This document shows positions 16,880 through 25,196 of a stretch of DNA of 63,167 nucleotides, in pieces. The notes beneath the pieces are model-generated. The model saw only the letters and a list, made by a program, of their open reading frames with translations, ran no database searches and had not been told where the DNA came from. The stretch lies in NCBI GenBank assembly GCA_015478575.1, contig JADMIN010000001.1, forward strand, positions 1-63,167, read 5' to 3'. Made by a program: the position numbers and the translations under genes. Position 1 is the first letter of the stretch, and each line of letters begins with the position of its first letter. The DNA comes from Ktedonobacterales bacterium (GTDB lineage Bacteria > Chloroflexota > Ktedonobacteria > Ktedonobacterales > JADMIN01).

Positions 16880-17041
16880 CGCCCGTCACCGCCTACCGCC
16901 ACCGGCACGCACCGGTTGCCGGATGAACTGAGAGGCCCCGGCCTGCTGGCCAGGGGAGTTGTCACCCACCTACCAGCAGGAGCGCGCCGCTGGCTGGCGG
17001 CAGTGGTTGTGGGGCACGATACGCCGCAACGACCAGCCGCC

Positions 17042-18040
17042 TCATTGCTGATCGGTATAGACCACGTTGACGCCGGTGGAGCCGTTGACGAGCAGCGGGG
17101 AGCGGGTCTGGTGCGCCGCCGTCGTGCCCGCCGCGATGGTGGCGGCGTTGGCGACCCACAGGTCGGTATAGCCGCCTGCGGGTGCGCCCGCGTTGGCCGG
17201 GAAGTTGTACGTCACCTGCACCTGCCGGTTGCCCGCGCCCGCGCCGCTGTACGCGAACGCGCCCGACGTGAGTGCGCCGCTGTCGTAGCCGCTGGTCACA
17301 GACGACGGGTTATCGCTCGTGGTGGGGTTCGGCACGACCCAATCATTGGCGCTGTGCGTCTTGGTGGTGGCGCTGCACACGATGCTGGTGCTGGTGGAGC
17401 CGGAGCCGACCGTTACCGTCTCGGCGTTGGTGGAGCCGTAGCCCAGCGTGATGGACATGCCGTTGGTGAAATTGGTGCCGCCGGAGACGACCGGGATGGC
17501 CGTCACGCCGGTGCTGCTCATCGCCGTCGAGACTTGCGCCGTCTTGGCGTCGGCGGAGAGTTGCAGGTGGTTGAAGGGGATGCCGGTTGGCGACGCGGAG
17601 CCGATGATTTTCTCCATCGTCAACGCCCCATTGTCGGTCAGCACGTTGACGGAGACGAGCCGTTCGAGGATGCCGAGTGGCCGCGCCTCACGCCAGAAGG
17701 CGGCACGGCGGGCACGCTCTGAGACGCCGGCAAAGCGCCGCAGCGTCCACGTCCACACGTCGCCCGCGTCCTCGCGGTCGTAGGCGATCAGGTCATGCGT
17801 CCAGATGCCGGCGTGCGAGCGGGCGTGCGCGCCGTCGTGCGTCTGCACTGCCGCCAGCACATCCGGGTAGTCACGCACGTCAAAGGCGACAAGGTGCTGG
17901 TTGCGATCTACATGAGCGACGCCAGGCAGGGCGTCTACCGCATAGCCGTGCTGATGGAACTGCGGGATCGCCACGACGGTGCGGGCGATAGGCAGCGCGG
18001 TTGGCCCCGCGGCGGGCCGATGGATGACGGACAACGACAT
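17042..18040 (-). CDS. tail fibre-like protein
   Basis: Internal ATG at 18040 after GGAGGAG; the ORF-track start 18274 was rejected. Ser/Thr/Gly-rich beta C-terminus. Confidence 0.6.
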   Translation of the reverse strand: MSLSVIHRPAAGPTALPIARTVVAIPQFHQHGYAVDALPGVAHVDRNQHLVAFDVRDYPDVLAAVQTHDGAHARSHAGIWTHDLIAYDREDAGDVWTWTLRRFAGVSERARRAAFWREARPLGILERLVSVNVLTDNGALTMEKIIGSASPTGIPFNHLQLSADAKTAQVSTAMSSTGVTAIPVVSGGTNFTNGMSITLGYGSTNAETVTVGSGSTSTSIVCSATTKTHSANDWVVPNPTTSDNPSSVTSGYDSGALTSGAFAYSGAGAGNRQVQVTYNFPANAGAPAGGYTDLWVANAATIAAGTTAAHQTRSPLLVNGSTGVNVVYTDQQ

Positions 18041-18062
18041 GGTGGGTTCTCCTCCACGAACG

Positions 18063-18118
18063 GGTGAGGCGACGACGGTGAGGCGACGACGGTGAGGCGA
18101 CGACGGTGAGACGACGAC
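18063..18118. repeat. 14-bp tandem repeat x4 (GGTGAGGCGACGAC)
   Basis: Three perfect copies and one with a single mismatch, 23 nt upstream of the 18040 start. Confidence 0.9.
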
Positions 18119-18177
18119 AATGCGACGGCTGTGCGATGCGAGATGCGCGTGAGAGACGTGAGATGTGTGTGTGTGCG

Positions 18178-18675
18178 CTAGCGCGGCAGGTGCGTGATAA
18201 TCACGGCGCTGATGATGCCGACGACGAGGCCAATAGCGGAGTACAGCAGCGCGTAGAGTTGCTGGCGCTGCCACGTGATGGTGCGCTCGTCCTGCTCTTT
18301 GCGGTCATTCGAGACGGCGGCGGCGGCCTCCTTGCCAACGGCGATATTGTCCTTCATCGCCGCCACCACCGTCGCGTTGATCTGCGCTTGCAGCGTGGCT
18401 TGCCGTTCCGCCGCCGCCCGCGTCTCCGCCAGCCGGTACTCCTCCAGCATCGCCAGTCGCGTATCATGGTTGGCCGCCTGTGCCCGCAGGCCGGTATGGA
18501 TTTCCGAGAGTTCGCGGCGCGGCACATACGCGTCTGGCATCGTGTCGCGGAACTGTTCAAACGCGCGGGTAATCGAGGCGATCTGCTGGCCGAGGTCCAC
18601 CTTCACGCTTTCAATCGCGATGAGCAGAGACGACTGGTTCAAGGACGTTTGCTGTTGCTGTTGCTGTTGCGACAT
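18178..18675 (-). CDS. coiled-coil protein with a C-terminal TM anchor
   Basis: Internal ATG (MSQQQQQQQ) after AGAGGGA. C-terminal helix LLYSAIGLVVGIISAVIITHL. Confidence 0.5.
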   Translation of the reverse strand: MSQQQQQQQTSLNQSSLLIAIESVKVDLGQQIASITRAFEQFRDTMPDAYVPRRELSEIHTGLRAQAANHDTRLAMLEEYRLAETRAAAERQATLQAQINATVVAAMKDNIAVGKEAAAAVSNDRKEQDERTITWQRQQLYALLYSAIGLVVGIISAVIITHLPR

Positions 18676-18764
18676 GCTGGCACGGTTCCCTCTGTCGTGT
18701 CGGCGTGGCGGCGAAATAGACGCAGGAGTTGACGTTGATGTTGATGGTGGCGACATAGGCGCGC

Positions 18765-19103
18765 TTATCCTTCCGGCTGCTCTGGCGGCTCAGGCTCAGG
18801 CTGCGGTGTGGGTGTGGGTGCAACGGCGTTGTGCGCGTCTTGCCGCACCAGTTGCAGGTGGTCAATATCGAGCTGCCACGCCTCGCCGCGCAGGGGATGG
18901 ATGCGTGGGTACTGCGACGCCAGCCAGAACGTCAGCGCCTCTTGCTCGTGCTGCCACTCCACCCGTGCCAGCATCAGCCGCGCCTGCGCTTCCTCCACCG
19001 CTCGCTGTTTGGCGGCGATGATGCCCATGCGCTGCCGTGCTTCGTCAAGGTGTTCCGGTTTGAAGGGCAGCCGCAGCAGCGGCGCTTTCGCCTTCCTCGC
19101 CAT
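18765..19103 (-). CDS. hypothetical protein
   Basis: Internal ATG (MARKAKAPLL) after GGAGAGAGGA. Confidence 0.45.
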   Translation of the reverse strand: MARKAKAPLLRLPFKPEHLDEARQRMGIIAAKQRAVEEAQARLMLARVEWQHEQEALTFWLASQYPRIHPLRGEAWQLDIDHLQLVRQDAHNAVAPTPTPQPEPEPPEQPEG

Positions 19104-19147
19104 CGTCGTGTTCGTCCTCTCTCCGCTGTATGGAGTGCCATTGGGCA

Positions 19148-20020
19148 TCACCACACCCGCTTGACGCCGCCCGTGCCGTTGGGCACCCAGACGCCCGCCA
19201 CCTGCGCCACGCCGCTGCCGGTGCCGTACCAGACGGCCACGATGCTATGCACCGCGCCGGAGCCGGTCGCGTCGCCGTAGTAGATTTGCCCCGCCGTGAA
19301 ACTGGATGAGGCGCTCCCGGCGGGGTTCGTGACCACAACCGTGCTCGCGCCACCCGCGCCCGATGGCACCGTCGCCGTGATCTGCGTATCCGAGTTGACG
19401 GTGTAGGCCGCATTGATACCGTTGATGGTGACGCCGCTTGCGCCGCTCACGTGCAGGAACGCCGTGCCGGTGATGGTGACGTTCGTTCCGGGGGGCGCGA
19501 CGCTTGGTGAGACGCCGCTGATAGTTGGCGCGGCGAGCGGGTTGTAGTTGAGATAGGCGGCCAGCACACCCATGCCACCGCTAGCGGTGCCGACGGTCGA
19601 GAAGTTGCCATCGGACGTGTTGCCAAAGCGTGTCGCGCCACTGCTCGCGCCCTGCATGGTAATCGCGCCAGAGGATGAGTAGCAGCCAATCCAGATCACC
19701 GTTCCGGCTGGCAGGTACAGGTCGGACGAGATGCCCGCGCCGCCGTTGTTGGCGAGGCTGCCCTGATAGTTCCACGCCGCGCTGGCCGGCAGCGTAAAGG
19801 TGGAGGAGCCGCGTACCAGCCACGTGCCGGGGTTGCCGCCACTATCCTGCCAGACGTAGAGCCGCCCGGCGGGCGTGCCGCCGTCGCCGCCGGTATAGGC
19901 ATTGAGGCCCGTCACGAGGATGCCCGGCGACGGCACCGTGTATGACCCGCCCGCCACGTCGCCCCACGAACCGGAGATGACGTAGGTGAAGCCGGTGGTT
20001 GCGTTGCCGAGTGTTGCCAT
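19148..20020 (-). CDS. fibre-like protein with an IPT/TIG-type Ig domain
   Basis: APTISGVSPSVAPPGTNVTITGTAF..VTINGINAAYTVNSDTQITATVP is IPT/TIG-like. Confidence 0.6.
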   Translation of the reverse strand: MATLGNATTGFTYVISGSWGDVAGGSYTVPSPGILVTGLNAYTGGDGGTPAGRLYVWQDSGGNPGTWLVRGSSTFTLPASAAWNYQGSLANNGGAGISSDLYLPAGTVIWIGCYSSSGAITMQGASSGATRFGNTSDGNFSTVGTASGGMGVLAAYLNYNPLAAPTISGVSPSVAPPGTNVTITGTAFLHVSGASGVTINGINAAYTVNSDTQITATVPSGAGGASTVVVTNPAGSASSSFTAGQIYYGDATGSGAVHSIVAVWYGTGSGVAQVAGVWVPNGTGGVKRVW

Positions 20021-20154
20021 ACAGGGTGTGTCCTACGTCACTATCGTCACTATTCGCCGGTCGTTCGTAACATTTCAGGCATACAAGCGTTATAATAGGT
20101 AAGAGATGTTTGTTTGGTGTTGGTGTGTTGGGGGCAGAATGGAGACGTGACGCG

Positions 20155-20907
20155 ATGAAGACGATGCGACAGGTAGTGCGCGTGACGGCGACGCGCCTGC
20201 GGCGTATGGCGGTGCATGCGGGCGGCATGCTGGGACTGGCGGCGTTCGTGGTGGTGTTTGCCATCGTGCTGCTGGCCGCGCCGGGATACCGGACGCAGGC
20301 CAATCACCCGCCAGTGAGTGACGCGGCGGCGCTGGCGACCAGTACCGCGCCCGCCGTCATGCCACACACGAGTGTGGCTCGTGTGGCGGCACAGGTGCGT
20401 GCGCCGCAGCAATCAACCGCGACGGTAGCGCCAGCAGCCGCGCCAACCGTCGCGCCGCAGGTGGTCTACGCGCCACAGACCGGTAGCACACCCGTTCCGA
20501 CCGCGACCGATACGCCGCAACCTGCCCCCACCGCGACGGCGACCGTTGCCCCTTCCCCCGCGCCAACGGCGACCGCGACGGCAACGGCGACCCCCACACC
20601 CGCGCCGACATGGCACACGATGGGCACGTGGAGCGGCAGCACCGGTCAGACGCTCGCGACGATTGCGCTGCAAGGCACCGTGCGGCTGGACTGGACCTGT
20701 GCGCTTGGCGCGCCCAATCCCGCGACGTGGGACTTCCAGTACAGCTTCGCCAACATGCAGGCGGCAGGCATCGTCTCGTGCAACGCCACGCCCACCGGCA
20801 GCCAGATCGTGCAGGACACGACCAATGCGAGTAGCACGGCACTCACCATCATCGAAGATAACGGCACGATGGGGAACTGGACCGTGACGGTCGAGGAACT
20901 GTACTAG
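20155..20907 (+). CDS. membrane-anchored Thr/Pro/Ala-rich protein with a C-terminal beta domain (moron)
   Basis: Internal ATG after GGAGA. TM helix MLGLAAFVVVFAIVLLAA. High third-position GC. TATAAT lies about 65 nt upstream. Opposite strand to the surrounding fibre genes. Confidence 0.6.
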   Translation: MKTMRQVVRVTATRLRRMAVHAGGMLGLAAFVVVFAIVLLAAPGYRTQANHPPVSDAAALATSTAPAVMPHTSVARVAAQVRAPQQSTATVAPAAAPTVAPQVVYAPQTGSTPVPTATDTPQPAPTATATVAPSPAPTATATATATPTPAPTWHTMGTWSGSTGQTLATIALQGTVRLDWTCALGAPNPATWDFQYSFANMQAAGIVSCNATPTGSQIVQDTTNASSTALTIIEDNGTMGNWTVTVEELY

Positions 20908-20915
20908 GCACGAAC

Positions 20916-21431
20916 TCAACTCAGTTGGACGAAGATTTCATTGGCGGCGAGCGCAGACGGCGTACCCGTGCCATAACTGATGATGGTCTGCCCCGCGCTG
21001 TGCGAGCCGGTAACGGCGACCTCACCGCCCGCATCGAAGAAGTGTCCATTCTGGTCAATGTGTGCTGCCGCATTCTTGGTGTAGAAGTATATCCACCCCC
21101 CGGTGGTATTCTGGAGTTGCATGTCTATCGTGCCATTATTGCTGCCGGGATTACCTGCCTTGATAAAGACTCCGAAACCAGCGTCGCCATTTAGTGGCGT
21201 GCCATCAAGGACAAGGCCGCCGACTCCTGTACTTGATGCAAAGTAACCATTGCTATCTACCCAGGAAAGCGCACTACCCACACGACCACCCGCACTAAAT
21301 GAAGTGCTCACGGCCACCGTCGTGAACGCCGGGTTGGCGGCGTTGTTCAACGCCGCTAGGTTAGAATTGACATCAGCCGAGCGGATTTGCGTAGACGGGC
21401 TGAATGTGATTATTACCGCTCCCATGCCCAT
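20916..21431 (-). CDS. fibre-tip-like beta protein
   Basis: 171 aa. GAGGG lies before the ATG. Gly/Asn/Ser-rich. Lower GC than its neighbours. Confidence 0.55.
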   Translation of the reverse strand: MGMGAVIITFSPSTQIRSADVNSNLAALNNAANPAFTTVAVSTSFSAGGRVGSALSWVDSNGYFASSTGVGGLVLDGTPLNGDAGFGVFIKAGNPGSNNGTIDMQLQNTTGGWIYFYTKNAAAHIDQNGHFFDAGGEVAVTGSHSAGQTIISYGTGTPSALAANEIFVQLS

Positions 21432-21437
21432 GCGGTG

Positions 21438-22169
21438 TTACCCTCGCTTCTGCGTACGTGTGCGCTTCTTGGCAGGTTCAGGTGTCGGCTCGACTGGCTC
21501 AGGCGTCGCAGGAACCGGGACGTGCTTGTGCGGCCACAGGCGGTAGTGTTCGCGGGCGGTGAGCGCGGCGCGGAACAGCGGCAGGTGCGTGATGGGATGC
21601 AGGTCGCACAGGTCGCTGGCGTTCATGTAGAGCGTGTGCGGCTCCACGTTGGGATGCCCCGCATGCTTGATGGTGACGGTCAGCAGCATCGCCCCGCCCG
21701 GCTCACGCGTGATTGGGTGGCATTCCTCTGGCCCGACTCGGAAATGCGCGTCTTTGCGCACGGCGTCCACGATGACCTGCCGCACGTTGCCGTTCGCCCC
21801 GAAGTGCTCGCTCAGCGCCTGCGGAAAGATGCGCCCTTCGCTCGTGGACGCGAGGATGAGCGCGTGGGCGGCGGGCGTGACCGTGACCGGCACGCGCCGC
21901 ACCGTCACCTCCTCCAACGTGCACTGCTTGCCAGCGGGCGCTCCCCACACTCGTTGCATCGCACTCTGCCGGGGCACCAGCCCGCGCTCCTGCGCCGAGC
22001 GCACGGCGTCCCGGTGGCGCGTGCGCTCGGCACGTTGCTGCGCGGGCGTGAGGGGCGCGGGCGTGAGGGGCGCGGGCGTGAGGGGCGCGGGCGTGAGGGG
22101 CGCGGGCACGCCCGGTTCAAGGGACGTATCAGACGACGACGCGAACGACGACGCGAACGACGACGACAT
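21438..22169 (-). CDS. hypothetical virion-module protein with APLTP x4
   Basis: ATG at 22169 lies 5 nt after GAGGTGG, which overlaps the upstream TGA. Contains a 15-bp x4 repeat. Confidence 0.5.
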   Translation of the reverse strand: MSSSFASSFASSSDTSLEPGVPAPLTPAPLTPAPLTPAPLTPAQQRAERTRHRDAVRSAQERGLVPRQSAMQRVWGAPAGKQCTLEEVTVRRVPVTVTPAAHALILASTSEGRIFPQALSEHFGANGNVRQVIVDAVRKDAHFRVGPEECHPITREPGGAMLLTVTIKHAGHPNVEPHTLYMNASDLCDLHPITHLPLFRAALTAREHYRLWPHKHVPVPATPEPVEPTPEPAKKRTRTQKRG

Positions 22170-22179
22170 GGCGACCACC

Positions 22180-23664
22180 TCACTGCCCTAGCGTAAAATC
22201 CTGCAACTGCGATTGCAGGGTGACGAGCGCGACATCCTGGTTCGGGGCCAGCGACGCGATCTCCAGGTCCACGTAGTCAAAGGCGTAGCTGACACTGACG
22301 ATCACGACGACCTGATCGAGCGCCGCGCCAGGGGAGTAGTCCCAATAAGCGGTATCCCACTGGCTCACGTCCCACAGCGTGCTGCTGACCTGAACGTCGG
22401 GGTCTACGATCTGGCAGGAGTCACCCGGCAGAATCGTCTCAATGTCGTAGCCAATGCCGGTCTGCGTGTCCCCACGATAGTCCACGATGCGGAGCTTCGT
22501 GCGAATGAGCACGCGGTCATAGTTGTTGAGTAGCGCCTGCGCGATGATCGCCGCTGTCGCCTGATCAGTGACGCGGTTGTCGACCACCTGGATCTTGCGC
22601 GGGCCAAATGTGCTCAGGTCGGTCCCCTGTGCGATGGCCGCGACCCAAATGGTTACCCGCGTCTGCGCGGCGTACGCGGCGTTGGCGGTGAACGAGTTCA
22701 CACTTACGCTGGTCGCGTTCTGGCTGGCGGCGGCGGAGACGGTCACGGTTTGGACCGGCGCGCCGCTGGCGTTGATGATCAACGTCTGCCCGACCGCCAG
22801 TGCGCACGGCAGCGGTGTGACCGCCAGCGACGTGTAGTTGGTGCCGTTCGCCAGGCCGGTCGTGAGTGCGGTGGCAAGGCCGTTGCCAATGCACTGCGCG
22901 ATGTTTCTGAGCGTTGTCCAGTCCTTGCGGTACTGCGGCGCGGTAATGTGCTGGCCGATGACGAACTGGTGCTGCGCCGTCGTGGGCGACACATTGAGCA
23001 CCGCCGTCTTGTCAGCGTTGGTGCGGTAGAACCAGTTGGCGGGCAGCATTTGAATGATCGTGTCGAAGATGCTTTTGAGCGATTGGCTCGCGAACGTATA
23101 CGCCGCGTTATTGCCACTGGTGGTCGGATTGCCGCTGGCGAGCGTGAGTGGGCTGGCGTACGGTAGGCTCGTCAGCGGGTCGCTGTTGGCAAACCACCAG
23201 TTGAACATGGTAATGGGGTCCACGTAGCTGGCGCGGACGTTGGGTGTGGCAAACGACTGCTGACCAATCAAGCCCTGGTCGCCGAGCACGGCATCGAATG
23301 GCGTAATGGTGACCGTCAGGCTCTCCTCGCCGTTCTCACTGATCTGCGGCTCATAGCTATCAATCACACCCTGAAACTTGAGCAGCCCCGTCACCGGTAG
23401 CCCGGACCCGAACAGCCAGTATTGGACGATGTTGCCCTGTGCGATGGTGCCCCGGTTGGAGCCGACACCCGCCTCATCGAAGTTGTCGAAGCCGCGCGGC
23501 AACTGCACACGGAGCGGCTGCGTCGCGCTATTGATGGCGAACTTGATGCCGGAGAGCAGTGGCGCGTCACGCCACACGTCAATGAACCGCATGCGCGCAT
23601 CAAACACCAGCACCATCTGTTGCTTGTACACCAGCGGACTGGCGCTCGAGGGAGTACCGGCCAT
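22180..23664 (-). CDS. tail-associated (Tal-like) baseplate/tip protein
   Basis: Internal ATG (MAGTPSS); the ORF-track start 23847 overlaps Dit and was rejected. Sits immediately after Dit. Confidence 0.65.
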   Translation of the reverse strand: MAGTPSSASPLVYKQQMVLVFDARMRFIDVWRDAPLLSGIKFAINSATQPLRVQLPRGFDNFDEAGVGSNRGTIAQGNIVQYWLFGSGLPVTGLLKFQGVIDSYEPQISENGEESLTVTITPFDAVLGDQGLIGQQSFATPNVRASYVDPITMFNWWFANSDPLTSLPYASPLTLASGNPTTSGNNAAYTFASQSLKSIFDTIIQMLPANWFYRTNADKTAVLNVSPTTAQHQFVIGQHITAPQYRKDWTTLRNIAQCIGNGLATALTTGLANGTNYTSLAVTPLPCALAVGQTLIINASGAPVQTVTVSAAASQNATSVSVNSFTANAAYAAQTRVTIWVAAIAQGTDLSTFGPRKIQVVDNRVTDQATAAIIAQALLNNYDRVLIRTKLRIVDYRGDTQTGIGYDIETILPGDSCQIVDPDVQVSSTLWDVSQWDTAYWDYSPGAALDQVVVIVSVSYAFDYVDLEIASLAPNQDVALVTLQSQLQDFTLGQ

Positions 23665-23702
23665 GTTCTGTCCACTTCCGTACCACGCGGCACACGGAGT
23701 AG

Positions 23703-25055
23703 TTAGCTGAGCCAGCGCGGCGTCCACGTCAGTTGCACGGTGACGAGCGGCTGCGTGGTGGCGATCACTTGCAGGTTGAGGGTCGTGGTGTTTGGCTCCA
23801 CGACCGGGAACATGCCATTGAAAGCGATGGGCGTGTTGGGCGCCCAACTCCCGATGACCGTGAACCCGTTGGCGGACGTCGGGTCGCAGTCAATCGTGAT
23901 TGTCGTCCCTGGCGCGAACGACGTGCCGAGCGACAAGACTTGCAGCACCATGCCATCAGGGTTCTGTGTGAGTGTGAAGCCCGTAATGTTTACGCTGGCG
24001 TAGTTCACACTCGTCGCGCCAGCGGGGAAGTTGCCGGATGCGCTCGTGGTAAACGTGGTGACGTTGAGCGTTGTCGCGCCCGCCGCCGCGCCAGTGGCGA
24101 TGGTCACCGTCTGGGTCTGCGTCCCACGCGCGGGATCGACGTAGGTGAGGACGAACTGCTGGCCCGCGTAGACCGCCTGCGGCAAGCCGGCCGCGAGCGG
24201 TATCTGTGCGTAACTGGTACTGGAGGTAAACGTGACCGAGCGAATGGTGTCGCCGCTGGTGTGCGCCTTCGTGAGCGCCCCGCCGTTGTAGGTCGAGGCG
24301 ACCGTGAGGGTATACGGTCCCGTCCCGGTCGCCGGGAGGTTGAAGGTCGCCGCCTCCTGGTTCCCCGTGCCGGGGGATACGTCTAGTGTCACGGTGCCGG
24401 TGCCCGTGAGGCCCGCCGTGCTGGCGACGGTGATACTGGTCGCCAACACCGCCGTGTTGGCGCTGACGGTCGTGTTGACGGCAGGCGTGGCAGGCTCGGC
24501 CAGCGTGTTAGTGCTGGCCGACGAGTTGTTGGTCAGCGTGATCGTGGGATAGGCAAAGACGGTCCCCGACGACGCCACGGAGAGCGATCCGGTCTGCCAG
24601 TTGGTGCCGGAGATCAGCGAGGTCGCAAGCTCCCCACTGCCGTACTGGCTCTGCGAGGCGGCGTAGAGGAATGGCTGCTGGCAAAGGAATTGCAAGGTGG
24701 CTGTGGTGCTCACTACGTCGCCGGGTCCCAGTGGCGCGGTCGCACTCACGCAATCCGCGATGTAGTAGCGCCCATCCACGGCGTGCAGGTTTAGCCGCTG
24801 CTGCGGGACGGAGAGTGCGGCGTAGAGGTTGTCGAGGGCTTGTTCCAGCGCCACTCGCGAGGGCGCAATGACCTTGACGGGCAGCGTGAGCCGGCGCTCG
24901 TTGACGATCGCCCCCGTCTTCTTCATGCCGGGGAGGCGAGCGATCTTGAACAGCGTCTCCTGCACCGGGACGACGCCGAACTCCTTCTTAGTGACGATGT
25001 AGGTGACGCCATCGTTGATCGAAAACCCACCGTAGCTGTAATTGGGTAATGCCAT
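23703..25055 (-). CDS. distal tail protein (Dit) with inserted decoration modules
   Basis: 450 aa. AGGTGG lies 7 nt before the ATG. N-terminal siphovirus-tail-like beta domain. Sits directly after the tape measure. Confidence 0.7.
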   Translation of the reverse strand: MALPNYSYGGFSINDGVTYIVTKKEFGVVPVQETLFKIARLPGMKKTGAIVNERRLTLPVKVIAPSRVALEQALDNLYAALSVPQQRLNLHAVDGRYYIADCVSATAPLGPGDVVSTTATLQFLCQQPFLYAASQSQYGSGELATSLISGTNWQTGSLSVASSGTVFAYPTITLTNNSSASTNTLAEPATPAVNTTVSANTAVLATSITVASTAGLTGTGTVTLDVSPGTGNQEAATFNLPATGTGPYTLTVASTYNGGALTKAHTSGDTIRSVTFTSSTSYAQIPLAAGLPQAVYAGQQFVLTYVDPARGTQTQTVTIATGAAAGATTLNVTTFTTSASGNFPAGATSVNYASVNITGFTLTQNPDGMVLQVLSLGTSFAPGTTITIDCDPTSANGFTVIGSWAPNTPIAFNGMFPVVEPNTTTLNLQVIATTQPLVTVQLTWTPRWLS

Positions 25056-25138
25056 GTCGGTACCACCTACCCCTGCCCCCGGCTGAGGGCACCGCCTTCA
25101 GGGACGGGAGCCGACGGGCCGCCGGTTGAACTGAGACG

Positions 25139-25190
25139 CCCCGCCCGCCCGCCCGCCCGCCCGGGCGGGCGGGCGGAGTGTCAGCACTCC
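25139..25190. repeat. (CCCG)n/(CGGG)n palindrome plus a second small hairpin
   Basis: GCCCGCCCGCCC|GGGCGGGCGGGC perfect 12+12 palindrome with extra CCCG units on the left arm, then GGAGTG-TCAG-CACTCC. Confidence 0.8.
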
Positions 25191-25196
25191 CCAGCC

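Noticed and set aside
16118-17722. 534-aa plus-strand ORF across the fibre genes.
   Set aside because: It is antisense to two well-supported minus-strand genes with SD-preceded starts. Its composition (R/G/A/H) is non-protein-like.
15275-21431. A diversity-generating retroelement, or a Gin/Cin-type invertible fibre segment, in the fibre region.
   Set aside because: No reverse transcriptase ORF is present anywhere in the window. By eye I found no template/variable repeat pair and no inverted repeats bracketing fibre 3' ends. The only small recombinase lies 20 kb away in the head module. A computational repeat search would still be needed for certainty.
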